Shown: one piece after another, positions 27,258 through 37,371 of the stretch
Position numbering within the stretch: position 1 is the first letter of the stretch
Layout of the letters: the number at the start of each line of letters is the position of its first letter
Origin: Thermodesulfobacteriota bacterium
GTDB taxonomy: Bacteria > Desulfobacterota > Desulfobulbia > Desulfobulbales > SURF-16
DNA length: 45,668 bases
Assembly (NCBI GenBank): GCA_040755455.1
Contig: JBFMAY010000036.1
Span: 1-45,668, forward strand
Reading direction: 5' to 3'
Made by a program: the position numbers and the translations under genes
The notes under the pieces: model-generated
Database searches by the model: none
Seen by the model: the letters and a program-made list of their open reading frames with translations, nothing else
What the model was told of the DNA's origin: nothing

Positions 27258-28862
27258 TCAGGGCAGTTTGTTGCGGCAGGCGGTGGCGAAATCTTCCGGA
27301 TAATGGCCCATGATCCAGCGCAGCTGGAGTTCGCTGAAGGCGCCGGGAGACTCGGGCAGTTTCGGCAGAAAGCTGTAGATGAGGCGCTGGTCGGATTGGT
27401 CGGTGAAGCGTTTGGCATACTCGATGATGTTGGCCATGCGCATGCCTAAGCCGCCCAGCACCTGCATGGCCGTGTGCATGGCCATGTCCAGGGAGCGGCG
27501 CATGGCCTCGTCCGCCTCCAGGATATTGCCCACCGGCCTGAGCGCCATGAGCTGCAGCTCCCACTGGGAGGTCTGGGCCTTGGGGACAAAGAGCATCACC
27601 TGCTCATCTTCATAGACGACAAGGGACTGCTCTCCTCCGGTTTCATCCATGCGCCGGTTGTCGCGGATGCAGGTGATGAGGTCGGCAAAAAGGGAGCGGC
27701 CATGTTTTTTCGCGTAAGCGCATACGCAGTCGGCCACCAGGTCGCCGCAGCCGTAAGAGGCGAGAAAGCCCTCCGTCCGCTGGCCGGCCTGTCGCGCGGC
27801 AACCGCCGCGGGCAGCAGGGCGAACTGCTGGTGGATCTGCTGGTGGGAGGCATTGAGCCGGTACTGGCTGGGGGCGAAGTCAAAGCCGAAGTTCCAGCCC
27901 CACAGGGTGCAGTCGAAAAAGGGCGGCTGCTCCGACTGGTCGAGGCGGCGGCGGATTTCCCGGCGCAGGGATTCAAGCTCACCGGCGGACAGGGTCCTTT
28001 TGCCGCCGTCCACCTCGATGCCGAGATCAGCGGCCAGCCGGACATAGGTGCGCTGATAGTAGAGATGGCGCAGGCCGGTCATGTCGCCCAAGGAGAGTTT
28101 GGTTATATCATAACGGACGGCATCGTTGGCCATGTTGGCGGCATAGTGTCCCCAGGGGATGTAGGAGTTGCGGCGCAGGTATTCGAAGACGTGGTGGTCC
28201 GGCGCGGCCCATTCGCCGACGATTTCACTGCCGCCCTGGGCGCCGGGGCGCAGTACCATGGCCTGTTTGTAAGGGTCGGGAAGATGTGGGTTGTTCGCCA
28301 CTGCTTCAAAAAGGGGATGGTTGTTTATCACGGCCCGGGTCCGGCCCTGCGGGTCTTGGTTATACGCCAGACCGGTCGGGGTGCCGTGTGCGTCAACGGC
28401 AAACTCGCCGCACATCTGCGCCAGCCGCACCAGATCAGCCGGGTCGGTCGAGGTGGTGGCCAGGGCCAGGAGGACGGATTCCGGCAGGCAGTTGAACAGG
28501 CCGTCAAGGCTGCTCTCTTTCCGGCCGTCCAGCCAGGCGCTGACGTTTTGCGAAAAGGATGCGGGTTTTGGGGCCGGCAGCCCGATGCTCAGCGGGTCCC
28601 TGGCCCTGGCGTCCGCCCAGCGGGAGTTGATGAAGGTGGTGCCCTTGAAGGGGAAGACATGGGGGATCTCATACACCCGGTCGGCTTTGTCCACCGCTAT
28701 GTCGCCGGCCGGGAAATTCCGGCTGTTCAGATATTCCTTGCCGTCACAGCTGCCGAGGCTTTCGATCCGGTCGCCGGCGCGGAGATTTTTCACCGCGTAA
28801 GCAGGTTGGTGGATGCAGTAAAGAAAGTTGCCTTGGGGAGTTACACAGGTGCGCATGGTCAT
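27258..28862 (-). CDS. Hypothetical protein with GalT/HIT-like motif
   Basis: WGWNFG...NASHQQIHQQ and VVYEDEQVMLFVPKAQTSQWELQL align by eye with GalT motifs. Confidence 0.7.
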   Translation of the reverse strand: MTMRTCVTPQGNFLYCIHQPAYAVKNLRAGDRIESLGSCDGKEYLNSRNFPAGDIAVDKADRVYEIPHVFPFKGTTFINSRWADARARDPLSIGLPAPKPASFSQNVSAWLDGRKESSLDGLFNCLPESVLLALATTSTDPADLVRLAQMCGEFAVDAHGTPTGLAYNQDPQGRTRAVINNHPLFEAVANNPHLPDPYKQAMVLRPGAQGGSEIVGEWAAPDHHVFEYLRRNSYIPWGHYAANMANDAVRYDITKLSLGDMTGLRHLYYQRTYVRLAADLGIEVDGGKRTLSAGELESLRREIRRRLDQSEQPPFFDCTLWGWNFGFDFAPSQYRLNASHQQIHQQFALLPAAVAARQAGQRTEGFLASYGCGDLVADCVCAYAKKHGRSLFADLITCIRDNRRMDETGGEQSLVVYEDEQVMLFVPKAQTSQWELQLMALRPVGNILEADEAMRRSLDMAMHTAMQVLGGLGMRMANIIEYAKRFTDQSDQRLIYSFLPKLPESPGAFSELQLRWIMGHYPEDFATACRNKLP

Positions 28863-28975
28863 TGCCCGGAATTAAACTTTATCTTATAACGAGTTTTGCA
28901 CAGAAAATAAACGCAAGCGGGCAAAGACGCAAAGGTTTTTCTTGCACCTTCAGGCACTTGGAGTAAAAATAGCGT

Positions 28976-31900
28976 ATGGCCATTCATCTCTACACCAGTA
29001 ACCGCCTGGAGATCCTCGCCCGGCAGTGCGCTGAAATCTTCCGGCAGGACCCGCTGCCGCCGCTTACGGCCGAGATCGTCGTGGTGCAGAGCCGCGGCAT
29101 GGCCACCTGGCTCACCATGGAACTGGCCAGGCAGCTCTCCGTGTGGGCCAACGGTCTTTTCCCCTTTCCGAATACCTTGGTGGCGGACATCTTCCGCCGG
29201 GTGCTGCCGGAGGGTGAGCAGCCCGCGTATGAACGCCGGCTGGCGGGCTGGCAGCTCATGGCGCTGCTGGCGGAGCTGCGCGATGAACCGCTTTTCCGCC
29301 ATCTTGCCTCCTATCTGGCCGATCCGCTGAAACGATTCCAGCTGGCGGGCCAGCTGGCCGATCTTTTTGATCAGTACTTGATCTATCGTCCCGATCTGAT
29401 TGCCGCCTGGGAAAACGGCAGCGAGGAGGGCAGCTGGCAGGCCCTGCTGTGGCGCAGGTTCACCGCCCGCCACGGCCGGATGCACCGGGCGGCATTGCTT
29501 GAGCGGTTTCTCCGGGCGGTGCAGCAAGGTCCCCCTCCTGGTCTGCCCAGCCGGATCACCCTTTTCGGCATTTCCAGTCTGCCGCCTTTTCATCTTGCGG
29601 TTTTTGACGCCCTGTCCGGCCATATCCCGGTCAATCTCTTTTTCATGAATCCCTGCCGGCACTGGTGGGGCGATATTGTGCCGGAGCGGGATATCTCCCG
29701 CCGCCAGCTGCGGGCAGGGCAGGGGGCCGGTGCGCTTTATCTCGAGTCCGGCAATGCCCTGCTTGCCTCCATGGGCCATCTTGCCCGGGATTTCCTCGTG
29801 CTGCTGCAGGAGAGGGACTGCGAGGAAGAGGATCTGTTTGCGGAGCCGCAAGATGCCAGCCTGCTTGCCTCCATTCAGCGGGACATCCTTGATCTTACCA
29901 GTTCCGAGTACGGCGAGGCGGACCGTTCGGTGGTCATCCATTCCTGCCACAGCCCGATGCGTGAGGTGGAGGTGCTGCAGGACCATCTGCTGGCCCTGTT
30001 CGATAGTGATCCGTCGCTGAGTGCGGCGGACATCATTGTCATGGCCCCGGACATCGAGACGTACAGCCCGCTGGTGCAGGCGGTTTTCGGCCTTGAGCGG
30101 GACCATCCCCATTTCATGCCCTTTTCCCTGGCGGACAAAAGCGCCGGGGCCGACAGTGCGCTGCTGGATGCCTTCTTTGCCCTGCTTGACCTGGCAGGAG
30201 GCCGTTATGCGGCCAGGGACATGGTCGACCTGCTGCGGACGCCCCTGGTCAGCAGACGGTTTGCCTTGAGCGAGGCGGACGGCGAGCTCATCCGGGAGTG
30301 GGTAGAGGACCTTGCCATCCGCTGGGGGCGGGATGGCCAACAAAAGGCAGAGCTGGGTCTGCCCGCCTATGACGAAAATACCTGGCAAGCGGGGCTTGAC
30401 CGGCTGCTGCTCGGTTATGCCATGGGGGAGCGCAATGCGCTGTTTGCCGGCATCCTGCCTTTTGGCCCCATGGAGGGCAGCGAGGCCGATCTGCTCGGCC
30501 GGCTGCTGGACGCGGTTGAGGCGCTTTTCGTCTGGCTGTCCCGCCTGCCCGGCAAGCGGCGGCTGGCAGAGTGGGGCGAGATGCTGCAGGCCCTGGTGGA
30601 TGACTGCCTGCTGGTGGACAGCGAGCAGGAAGAAGATATGGCGGGCCTGCGCACGGCGCTGCAGAGCATGGGGCAGCTGCAGGAGGAAACGGGTTTTGGC
30701 GAGGAGCTTGACCTCACGGTGGTGAGAAGCTGGCTGCATCAGCTGCTGCGGGTGGAAAAATCCCCCCACGGTTTTTTAAGCGGCGGCATCACCTTCTGTT
30801 CCCTGCTGCCCATGCGGGCCATTCCTTTTAAAATCGTCTGTCTGCTCGGCATGAATGACGGGGACTTTCCCCGGCCCCATTTCACCCTGAGTTTTGATTT
30901 GATGAGCCGCTCCCCCCGGCGGGGCGACCGCAGCCCGCGCCGTGATGACCGTTATCTCTTCCTTGAGGCGCTCCTTTCCGCCCGGCAGCAGCTCTATATC
31001 AGCTATGTGGGGCAGTCGGTGCGGGACGACACCACCCTGCCGCCCTCGGTGCTGGTCAGTGAGCTGCTCGACTACATGGCCGCTGTCTGCCCGGTAAAGT
31101 ACGGCCACGCCGCAGGCTCTGTCACCCGGCACCGGCTGCAGCCCTTTCATCCCGCCTACTTTCAGCAAGGCAGCCATCTTTTCAGTTATTCGACGGAAAA
31201 TTTTCATGCCGCCCTGCGTCTTGCCGCTGGCGACGATGCCGGGGCCGGCTTCTGGCAGGGGTCTCCCCTGCCGCCCCCGGAAAATGTGGGGCCGGAGATT
31301 GAACTCCTGGATTTTCTTGATTTTTTTGTCCATCCGGTACGCTGTTTCTGCCGGGCCAGGCTCGGGGTTGAGCTGTTCAGACCGGATGAGGTCATTGACG
31401 ATCATGAGCCTTTCTCCCTGCAGGGGCTTGCCCGCTATCAGCTTGAGACGGAACTGCTTGATCTTCTCGTGCAAAAGGATAATACTGAAGGTCAGGCCAG
31501 GTTGTGGAAGGCACGGGGCATGCTCCCCCATGGCAAGGTCGGCGAAATCACCGCCCGTGAACTGCACGATGAGGTGAGGGAGTTTTATGGCCAGCTGGCG
31601 GCGCACCTGGCTCCGCCGGTTGAGCCGCCTCTTTTCCGCATCAAGATAAAGGATTTTCTGCTCTGCGGCCGGCTTGATCACATGACCGAGCAGGGCCTGC
31701 TCCACGCCCGCCCGGCCAGGCTGAAGGGCAGGGATCTGCTGCGGGCCTGGCTCAAGCATCTCATTCTGCACGCCATGCCGCAGAACTTGCCCCTGCGGAC
31801 AGTGGTGGTGGCCAGGGACCAGACCGTGGTCTTCCGGCCGGTGCAGAACGGCCGGCAACTGCTGGAGCAGCTTTTGGTTCTCTTTCTGCAGGGGCTGCAG

Positions 31901-32155
31901 GCGCCGTTGCCGTTTTTTAGTGAAACATCCTATCAATATGCCCTGTATGCCTGCCAGGGGAAAAGGGATAGAGCGATACAAGAGGCCCATGACGCCTGGC
32001 AGGGCGGATACGGCGGCCCTGGCGAGGGTGACGACCCGTATCTGCGATTCCGTTACCAGGGTGCCGAGGACCCTCTGGATCAGATGTTTACCGATCTGGC
32101 GATGAGGATTTTTTCGCCTGTGTTTGCCCATAGTAAGGAGGATGGCGATGGCTGA
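28976..32155 (+). CDS. recC: Exodeoxyribonuclease V gamma subunit
   Basis: SNRLE, VVVQSRGMATWL, LFDQYLIYRP, HSCHSPMREVEVL, PMRAIPFK and DDRYLFLEAL. Confidence 0.95.
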   Translation: MAIHLYTSNRLEILARQCAEIFRQDPLPPLTAEIVVVQSRGMATWLTMELARQLSVWANGLFPFPNTLVADIFRRVLPEGEQPAYERRLAGWQLMALLAELRDEPLFRHLASYLADPLKRFQLAGQLADLFDQYLIYRPDLIAAWENGSEEGSWQALLWRRFTARHGRMHRAALLERFLRAVQQGPPPGLPSRITLFGISSLPPFHLAVFDALSGHIPVNLFFMNPCRHWWGDIVPERDISRRQLRAGQGAGALYLESGNALLASMGHLARDFLVLLQERDCEEEDLFAEPQDASLLASIQRDILDLTSSEYGEADRSVVIHSCHSPMREVEVLQDHLLALFDSDPSLSAADIIVMAPDIETYSPLVQAVFGLERDHPHFMPFSLADKSAGADSALLDAFFALLDLAGGRYAARDMVDLLRTPLVSRRFALSEADGELIREWVEDLAIRWGRDGQQKAELGLPAYDENTWQAGLDRLLLGYAMGERNALFAGILPFGPMEGSEADLLGRLLDAVEALFVWLSRLPGKRRLAEWGEMLQALVDDCLLVDSEQEEDMAGLRTALQSMGQLQEETGFGEELDLTVVRSWLHQLLRVEKSPHGFLSGGITFCSLLPMRAIPFKIVCLLGMNDGDFPRPHFTLSFDLMSRSPRRGDRSPRRDDRYLFLEALLSARQQLYISYVGQSVRDDTTLPPSVLVSELLDYMAAVCPVKYGHAAGSVTRHRLQPFHPAYFQQGSHLFSYSTENFHAALRLAAGDDAGAGFWQGSPLPPPENVGPEIELLDFLDFFVHPVRCFCRARLGVELFRPDEVIDDHEPFSLQGLARYQLETELLDLLVQKDNTEGQARLWKARGMLPHGKVGEITARELHDEVREFYGQLAAHLAPPVEPPLFRIKIKDFLLCGRLDHMTEQGLLHARPARLKGRDLLRAWLKHLILHAMPQNLPLRTVVVARDQTVVFRPVQNGRQLLEQLLVLFLQGLQAPLPFFSETSYQYALYACQGKRDRAIQEAHDAWQGGYGGPGEGDDPYLRFRYQGAEDPLDQMFTDLAMRIFSPVFAHSKEDGDG

Positions 32156-35100
32156 GCTGAAACCGATGCAGTGGTGGAAGAGTTTGTCCCGTTTGCAGCG
32201 ATGGAGCATCATGGCGGTCTGCTGCCTGCTTTTTTACACCGTTTTCGGCTTCTGGATTCTGCCGGCCATTGTCCGAAGCCAGCTGGAGAAAAAGTTGAGC
32301 CAGGCCCTGCACCGGCAGACCACGGTGCAGGAGGTGAAAATCAATCCCTATACCCTGCAGGCGGCGGTCAACGGCTTTAATATCCAGGATGCCGATGACA
32401 AGGAGCCTTTTGTTTCCTTTGCCAGTCTGCAGGTGAATCTGCAGGCCGTCTCTCTTTTCAAGCGCGCCATTGTCGTCAAATCCTTTTCCCTGATCAATCC
32501 CTATGGCAAGATCATATTCAACAAGGACCAAAGATTTAACTTTTCGGATCTTGCCGCCGGTGACGGGGGTGCGGAGAAGAAAGAAGAAAAGAAGGCGCCG
32601 CTGCTCTTTTCCATCAACAATATTGAGCTGAACGGGGGCAGGATCGACTTTGAGGACAGGGTGAAGGATGTCAAGCATCAGATCACCGACCTGCGTATTG
32701 CCCTGCCCTTTCTCTCCGATCTGCCTTACGAACTGGAAATTTTCACCAAACCTGCCTTTTCTGGGGTGATCAACTCCACGCCTATCAGCATGCTCGGCGA
32801 AAGCAAGCCTTTTCACACGACGCGGCAATCAGAGATCAACCTCAATTTCGCCGATATCGATCTCACCGCCTATCTGGCCTATCTGCCGGAAAACCTTAAC
32901 TTTATCATAAAAAGCGGCCGGCTTGACCTTGATCTCTTCTTATCCTTCATCAAGCATGAGGACGGCAATCCGGCCCTCAATATGCGGGGCAAGGCGAGTC
33001 TGCGTGACATCAAGGTGGTTGACCGGCAGGAGCAGCCGCTGCTTGCATTCCCTGAGCTGACGGCGGATATTGACCGGGCCCATATCCTGCGCAAGGAATT
33101 CCACCTGGCGAAACTCGCCTGGAAAGGACCCGAGCTTTTCGTACAGCGGGGGCAAGACGGGCAGGTCAATCTTGCCGGCCTTGTCGCCCCGTCATCGGAG
33201 AAAGAAAACAAGGCAACCCCCGCGTCATCTTCTCTCCCTCTGTTGCTTGAGGTGGCGGAGGCGGCAGTGGAGACGGCCACCATCCATTTTACCGACCAGA
33301 CGGTGGCCGGTCCCCTGCAGACGACCCTGCAACCGGTCAATCTCCAGGTGAAAAACTTCAGCACCGCACCGGACAAGCCGGCCGGATACAATCTGACCTT
33401 TACCAGTGAGAGCGGCGAGAATCTCAGCGTCGGCGGCACCTTCTCCCTTGACCCCCTGCAGGTGGCGGCTGATGTGGGTTTGGAAAATGTGCAACTCGGC
33501 AAGTACCGCCCCTATTATGAGCATGCCCTGCGGGCGGAACTGGCGGCGGAAAAGGTGAAGGTTGCCACCCATATAGACTATGCCGCCGCTGACGGCACCC
33601 TGCTTATTTCCGGCCTGGGGGTGGAACTCGGCGGTTTCGGCGTGACCGGTCCGGATGGCAAAAACAAGATTAGCATCCCTGATTTTGCCGTCAGCGAGGC
33701 CGAGGTCAATATCAAGGACAAGACGGTGCTGGTCGGCAGGTGCGCCAGCAAAGGGGGCGTCATCCCGCTTATCCGGCGCAAGGACGGCACGATGAACCTG
33801 CAGGACTTCCTGGCCGCCGCCCCCGCTGGGCCGGGCGCAAAAGCCGAGGAGGGGAAAAAAGAGGATGCGGCGGCCCCGCCATCCGCCTGGCAGGTGGAGG
33901 TCAAGGCGGTGGATTTTGTCGATTACGAGGTGGCCTTCACCGATCAGGCGCCCGAGGAACCGGTGGTGCTGACCATGAACAAGCTGCATCTGGCTGCCGA
34001 GAATGTGACGACCCGGTCCAAGGAGGAATGCAGTATTGATCTTGACCTGCGGCTCAATAAGACCGGCAAGGTGAGGGTGAAGGGCAAGGCGGGACTTTCT
34101 CCCCTGGCCCTGCGGCTTGATGTCGATCTGGCCGATCTGCCGCTCAAATCCGTGCAGCCCTATGTGGAGCAGCAGCTCAATATCATCATGGCCGACGGGC
34201 AGGGAGCGGTAAAGGGCAAGATGACCCTTGACCGGCCGGAGGGCGGGGCGGTTGCCGTTACCTTTCAGGGGGAGGCGCGCAGCCGCAGGTTTGCCTGCCT
34301 TGATGCCAAGCAGGCTGAGAAGCTGCTGGCCTGGGATGATTTGCAGGTGAAAAGGCTCAATGTGCAGACGAGCCCCATGCGCATCAAGGTCGAGGAGATT
34401 CTCTTTGACGGGTTATCCGCCTTTGTGTTGAAGAACCAGGAGGGGGTGCTGAACCTGAGCACCATCGTCCGCAAGGAGGCCGGCCAGGAAGAGCAGCAGA
34501 AAGCGCCGCAGGCGGATGCGGCAAAGCCTGATGTGGCAATCGGCCAGGTGCGGCTGGCGAACTGCCGGGTTGATTTCGCCGACCGCAGTGTGGTCCCGCA
34601 GTTTAACACCACCCTGCAGAAGGTTGATGGCGGCATCAAAGGACTTGCCACCGGCAAGGATGTATCGGCCGAGGTGAATATCACGGCAAAACTTGATCAG
34701 CATTCCCCGGTGAAGGTGACCGGCACCATCCGTCCGTGGCTGGATTTTTACACCGATGTCACGGCTGAATTCAGTGATATCGAGCTCAGTCCGGCGAGCC
34801 CTTACACCCTCAAGTACATCGGCTATCCGTTGACCAAGGGCAAGCTGAATCTGACGCTGCATTACCTGGTCGAAGGCAGAAAGCTCACCTCTGAAAACAA
34901 GGCATTTGTCGATCAGATCACCCTGGGTGATTTTGTAAAAAATGAAACCGCGGTCGACTTGCCGGTGCAGCTTGCCATCTCCCTGCTGAAAAACCGCAGG
35001 GGTGAAATCGATCTCAACATCCCGGTCTCCGGCCAGCTCGATGACCCTGAATTCAGCGTGGCCAGGGTGGTTTTCAAGATTCTCTACAATCTCATCGTCA

Positions 35101-35714
35101 AGGCGGCAACCGCGCCCTTTTCTCTGCTCGGTGCCCTTTTTGAGGGCGGCGGTGAAGAGCAGTTTGTGCAGTTTGCCCCGGCCCGGGCCGAGATCGGCCC
35201 TGAGGCCATGGAGACGCTGGCAAAATTTGCCAAGGTGCTGTATGACCGGCCTGCGATCAAGGTGGAACTCACCGGCCAGGTCGACCCGGCGGAGGATGGC
35301 GGAACGTTGACCCAGATGCGTTTTGACCGGCTGCTCAAGGTGCAGAAGATGAAGGATCTGGCCAGAAAAGAGGCGGCGCTGGCAAATGTGGATGCCATTG
35401 AGATTAGGCCGGATGAATATGAGAACTACCTGAAAAAGGCCTATAAGGCGGCGGATTTTGAGCGGCCGAAGAATTTTCTCGGCCTGTTGAAGGATGTGCC
35501 CCGGGAGGAGATGGAAAGGCTCCTCCGTGATCACATTGTCATCACCGACAATGACCTGCGCAATCTGGCGGTGGAGCGGGCCGGCGCGGTCAGGGATGCG
35601 CTCATTGCCCAGGGACCGGTTGAGCCGGAAAGAATTTTTCTCATCGAACCGGAAGGCGGCGCCGGGCAAGCAGAGGGTCAGCGGGGCATGCGGGTGGAAA
35701 TTGCGGTGAAATGA
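32148..35714 (+). CDS. DUF748 domain protein (AsmA-like repeats, OmpA-like C-terminus)
   Basis: N-terminal TM anchor, repeated beta-rich units, and DLPVQLAISLLKNRRGEIDLNIPVSGQLDDPEF; AAGGAGG RBS; overlaps the end of recC. Confidence 0.85.
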   Translation: MAELKPMQWWKSLSRLQRWSIMAVCCLLFYTVFGFWILPAIVRSQLEKKLSQALHRQTTVQEVKINPYTLQAAVNGFNIQDADDKEPFVSFASLQVNLQAVSLFKRAIVVKSFSLINPYGKIIFNKDQRFNFSDLAAGDGGAEKKEEKKAPLLFSINNIELNGGRIDFEDRVKDVKHQITDLRIALPFLSDLPYELEIFTKPAFSGVINSTPISMLGESKPFHTTRQSEINLNFADIDLTAYLAYLPENLNFIIKSGRLDLDLFLSFIKHEDGNPALNMRGKASLRDIKVVDRQEQPLLAFPELTADIDRAHILRKEFHLAKLAWKGPELFVQRGQDGQVNLAGLVAPSSEKENKATPASSSLPLLLEVAEAAVETATIHFTDQTVAGPLQTTLQPVNLQVKNFSTAPDKPAGYNLTFTSESGENLSVGGTFSLDPLQVAADVGLENVQLGKYRPYYEHALRAELAAEKVKVATHIDYAAADGTLLISGLGVELGGFGVTGPDGKNKISIPDFAVSEAEVNIKDKTVLVGRCASKGGVIPLIRRKDGTMNLQDFLAAAPAGPGAKAEEGKKEDAAAPPSAWQVEVKAVDFVDYEVAFTDQAPEEPVVLTMNKLHLAAENVTTRSKEECSIDLDLRLNKTGKVRVKGKAGLSPLALRLDVDLADLPLKSVQPYVEQQLNIIMADGQGAVKGKMTLDRPEGGAVAVTFQGEARSRRFACLDAKQAEKLLAWDDLQVKRLNVQTSPMRIKVEEILFDGLSAFVLKNQEGVLNLSTIVRKEAGQEEQQKAPQADAAKPDVAIGQVRLANCRVDFADRSVVPQFNTTLQKVDGGIKGLATGKDVSAEVNITAKLDQHSPVKVTGTIRPWLDFYTDVTAEFSDIELSPASPYTLKYIGYPLTKGKLNLTLHYLVEGRKLTSENKAFVDQITLGDFVKNETAVDLPVQLAISLLKNRRGEIDLNIPVSGQLDDPEFSVARVVFKILYNLIVKAATAPFSLLGALFEGGGEEQFVQFAPARAEIGPEAMETLAKFAKVLYDRPAIKVELTGQVDPAEDGGTLTQMRFDRLLKVQKMKDLARKEAALANVDAIEIRPDEYENYLKKAYKAADFERPKNFLGLLKDVPREEMERLLRDHIVITDNDLRNLAVERAGAVRDALIAQGPVEPERIFLIEPEGGAGQAEGQRGMRVEIAVK

Positions 35715-35747
35715 CGCCCGCGGCTTCGATTTCCCGCAGGGCGGCTT

Positions 35748-36602
35748 TCAGGCGAGAATGAGGTCGGCACCGGTGAAGCGGCTGAAAAATTCTTCCATGA
35801 TGCTGGCCATGTTGCCCCTGAAATTCGAGACATCCGGTGAGTTCTGGTTTTTCCGGAGAAATTCATTCACATCGAACTGGAAATTGTCCGGCATCAGGGA
35901 GCGAATGCCGATGCTTTCAACCAGGAAATTGGCAAGGGAGACAACCTTGACATCAAGGCGGTTCGGCTTAATGCCCCCGCCGGTGTGATGGCGGCCGACG
36001 GGAATGGTGATGCTGTCCGGCAGTCCCCATGCCGCCAGCAGCGCCGCGCCGACCCGGGCATGATCGGTCTGCAGCATGCAGTGCTCCAGTTCAACGATTG
36101 AGGAAATTTTTTTATCCGTCTTCCTGGCGGCACAGGCGTTGAGCAACGGTTTGTTTAGCACGACCTTGCCGATATCATGGAGCAGCGCCGCGGTGTAAAT
36201 GGTATAACAATTTTCCAGTTTGGCATATCTGGAAATAATTTCGGCCAGAATGGCACAGGCGTGGGAGTGATTCCACAGTGCCCGTGGTTCGAGATCATAG
36301 GCCTTCTGCGGCGAAGTCAATATGCCGGCCGAGGCGCTGGTGATGGCAAGAATTTTCACCATATCGAAGCCAAGGCGCACAATGATGTCTCTGATCGAGG
36401 AAATTTCCTTCATATGGCCGAAATAGGAGGAGTTGGCCATCCTCAGCATATTGGCGGTCATGTTCGGGTCCTGCTCGATTTTTTTCGCCAGATCGGCAAT
36501 GGAGCAGCCCGTGTCCTGGGCCAGGGTCAGCACATCTATGGCAATATCCGGCCGGGGAATCAGCCTGTCGACATCCGCGATATATTTTTTTTCAACATTC
36601 AT
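35748..36602 (-). CDS. HDOD domain-containing protein
   Basis: IEQDPNMTANMLRMANSSYFG, LWNHS, ALLHDIGK and DHARVG..L..WGLP. Confidence 0.9.
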   Translation of the reverse strand: MNVEKKYIADVDRLIPRPDIAIDVLTLAQDTGCSIADLAKKIEQDPNMTANMLRMANSSYFGHMKEISSIRDIIVRLGFDMVKILAITSASAGILTSPQKAYDLEPRALWNHSHACAILAEIISRYAKLENCYTIYTAALLHDIGKVVLNKPLLNACAARKTDKKISSIVELEHCMLQTDHARVGAALLAAWGLPDSITIPVGRHHTGGGIKPNRLDVKVVSLANFLVESIGIRSLMPDNFQFDVNEFLRKNQNSPDVSNFRGNMASIMEEFFSRFTGADLILA

Positions 36603-36691
36603 GGCGTGTTAATTCCTGTGGCTGTTGTTATGAGGAGACAGCGAGTGTTGCCGCCGGTGAAAAGGCACTGGCCGACCGAGTGTCCATTCGC

Positions 36692-37018
36692 CTATTTCCC
36701 TGCTGGTTTGCGGATGACTTCATTGGTGAGCACATCGACGATGGCGTCGTCACTGGGGAAATAGCCGGGAACACTATTTTTTTTGCAGTAATCCGCTGGC
36801 TCAAGGGGGCGTTCGCGGTATTGAGCAGTGGTGGGCTGCCAGGTGTTTGCCGATGGTTCCTCACTCTGCAGAGCGGTTGTCAGCGATTCAATCGCCTGGG
36901 CGATATCCGCGGCCAGCTTGGGGTCGCTTTCGAAAACAGTTGCGTTGGCCCGGCAAAGGACATCAAGGCAGCTGATGAGCACCTCGTTTTGCAGGTCCTG
37001 CTTGACGTCATTTTTCAT
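36692..37018 (-). CDS. Hypothetical protein
   Basis: 108-aa ORF with GGAGG RBS, downstream of a sigma54-type promoter. Confidence 0.65.
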   Translation of the reverse strand: MKNDVKQDLQNEVLISCLDVLCRANATVFESDPKLAADIAQAIESLTTALQSEEPSANTWQPTTAQYRERPLEPADYCKKNSVPGYFPSDDAIVDVLTNEVIRKPAGK

Positions 37019-37080
37019 ATTTTGTCCTCCATGAACAGACTGGGCCAAGGATAATCCGCCTGGTCTTGCAGGGAATTTTC

Positions 37081-37096
37081 TGCAAAATTCACGCCA
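37081..37096 (-). promoter_or_regulatory. Sigma54 (-24/-12) promoter
   Basis: TGGCGTGAATTTTGCA: GG-N10-GC with TTGC at -12. Confidence 0.7.
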
Positions 37097-37371
37097 CTTA
37101 TGCCGCGGACGGGGCTCTCTGTCCCTCGGAAAAACATGGTTGCTATTTGTTATGGATTCCAGAAGGTTAGGAGATCATGAGCGGAGTGTTGCCGCAGCGC
37201 TAAAGTCGGCCTGGCCGGACAGTTCCGGCCTGGCGTGCCGGGAAATGAAAATAAATTAATTAATTATGAAAAAAGATGTAACTTTGTTGCAGGCGCAGGG
37301 ATGATCTGCTATCAAATTCCGCAGTGCCCCGCGCATCACCACAACTCCATGGGGGAAATGCCCAAAAATCC

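Noticed and set aside
28905..28945. GGCAAA...GACGCAAAG resembling a c-di-GMP-I riboswitch
   Set aside because: The P1/P2 stems and GNRA tetraloop spacing are absent.
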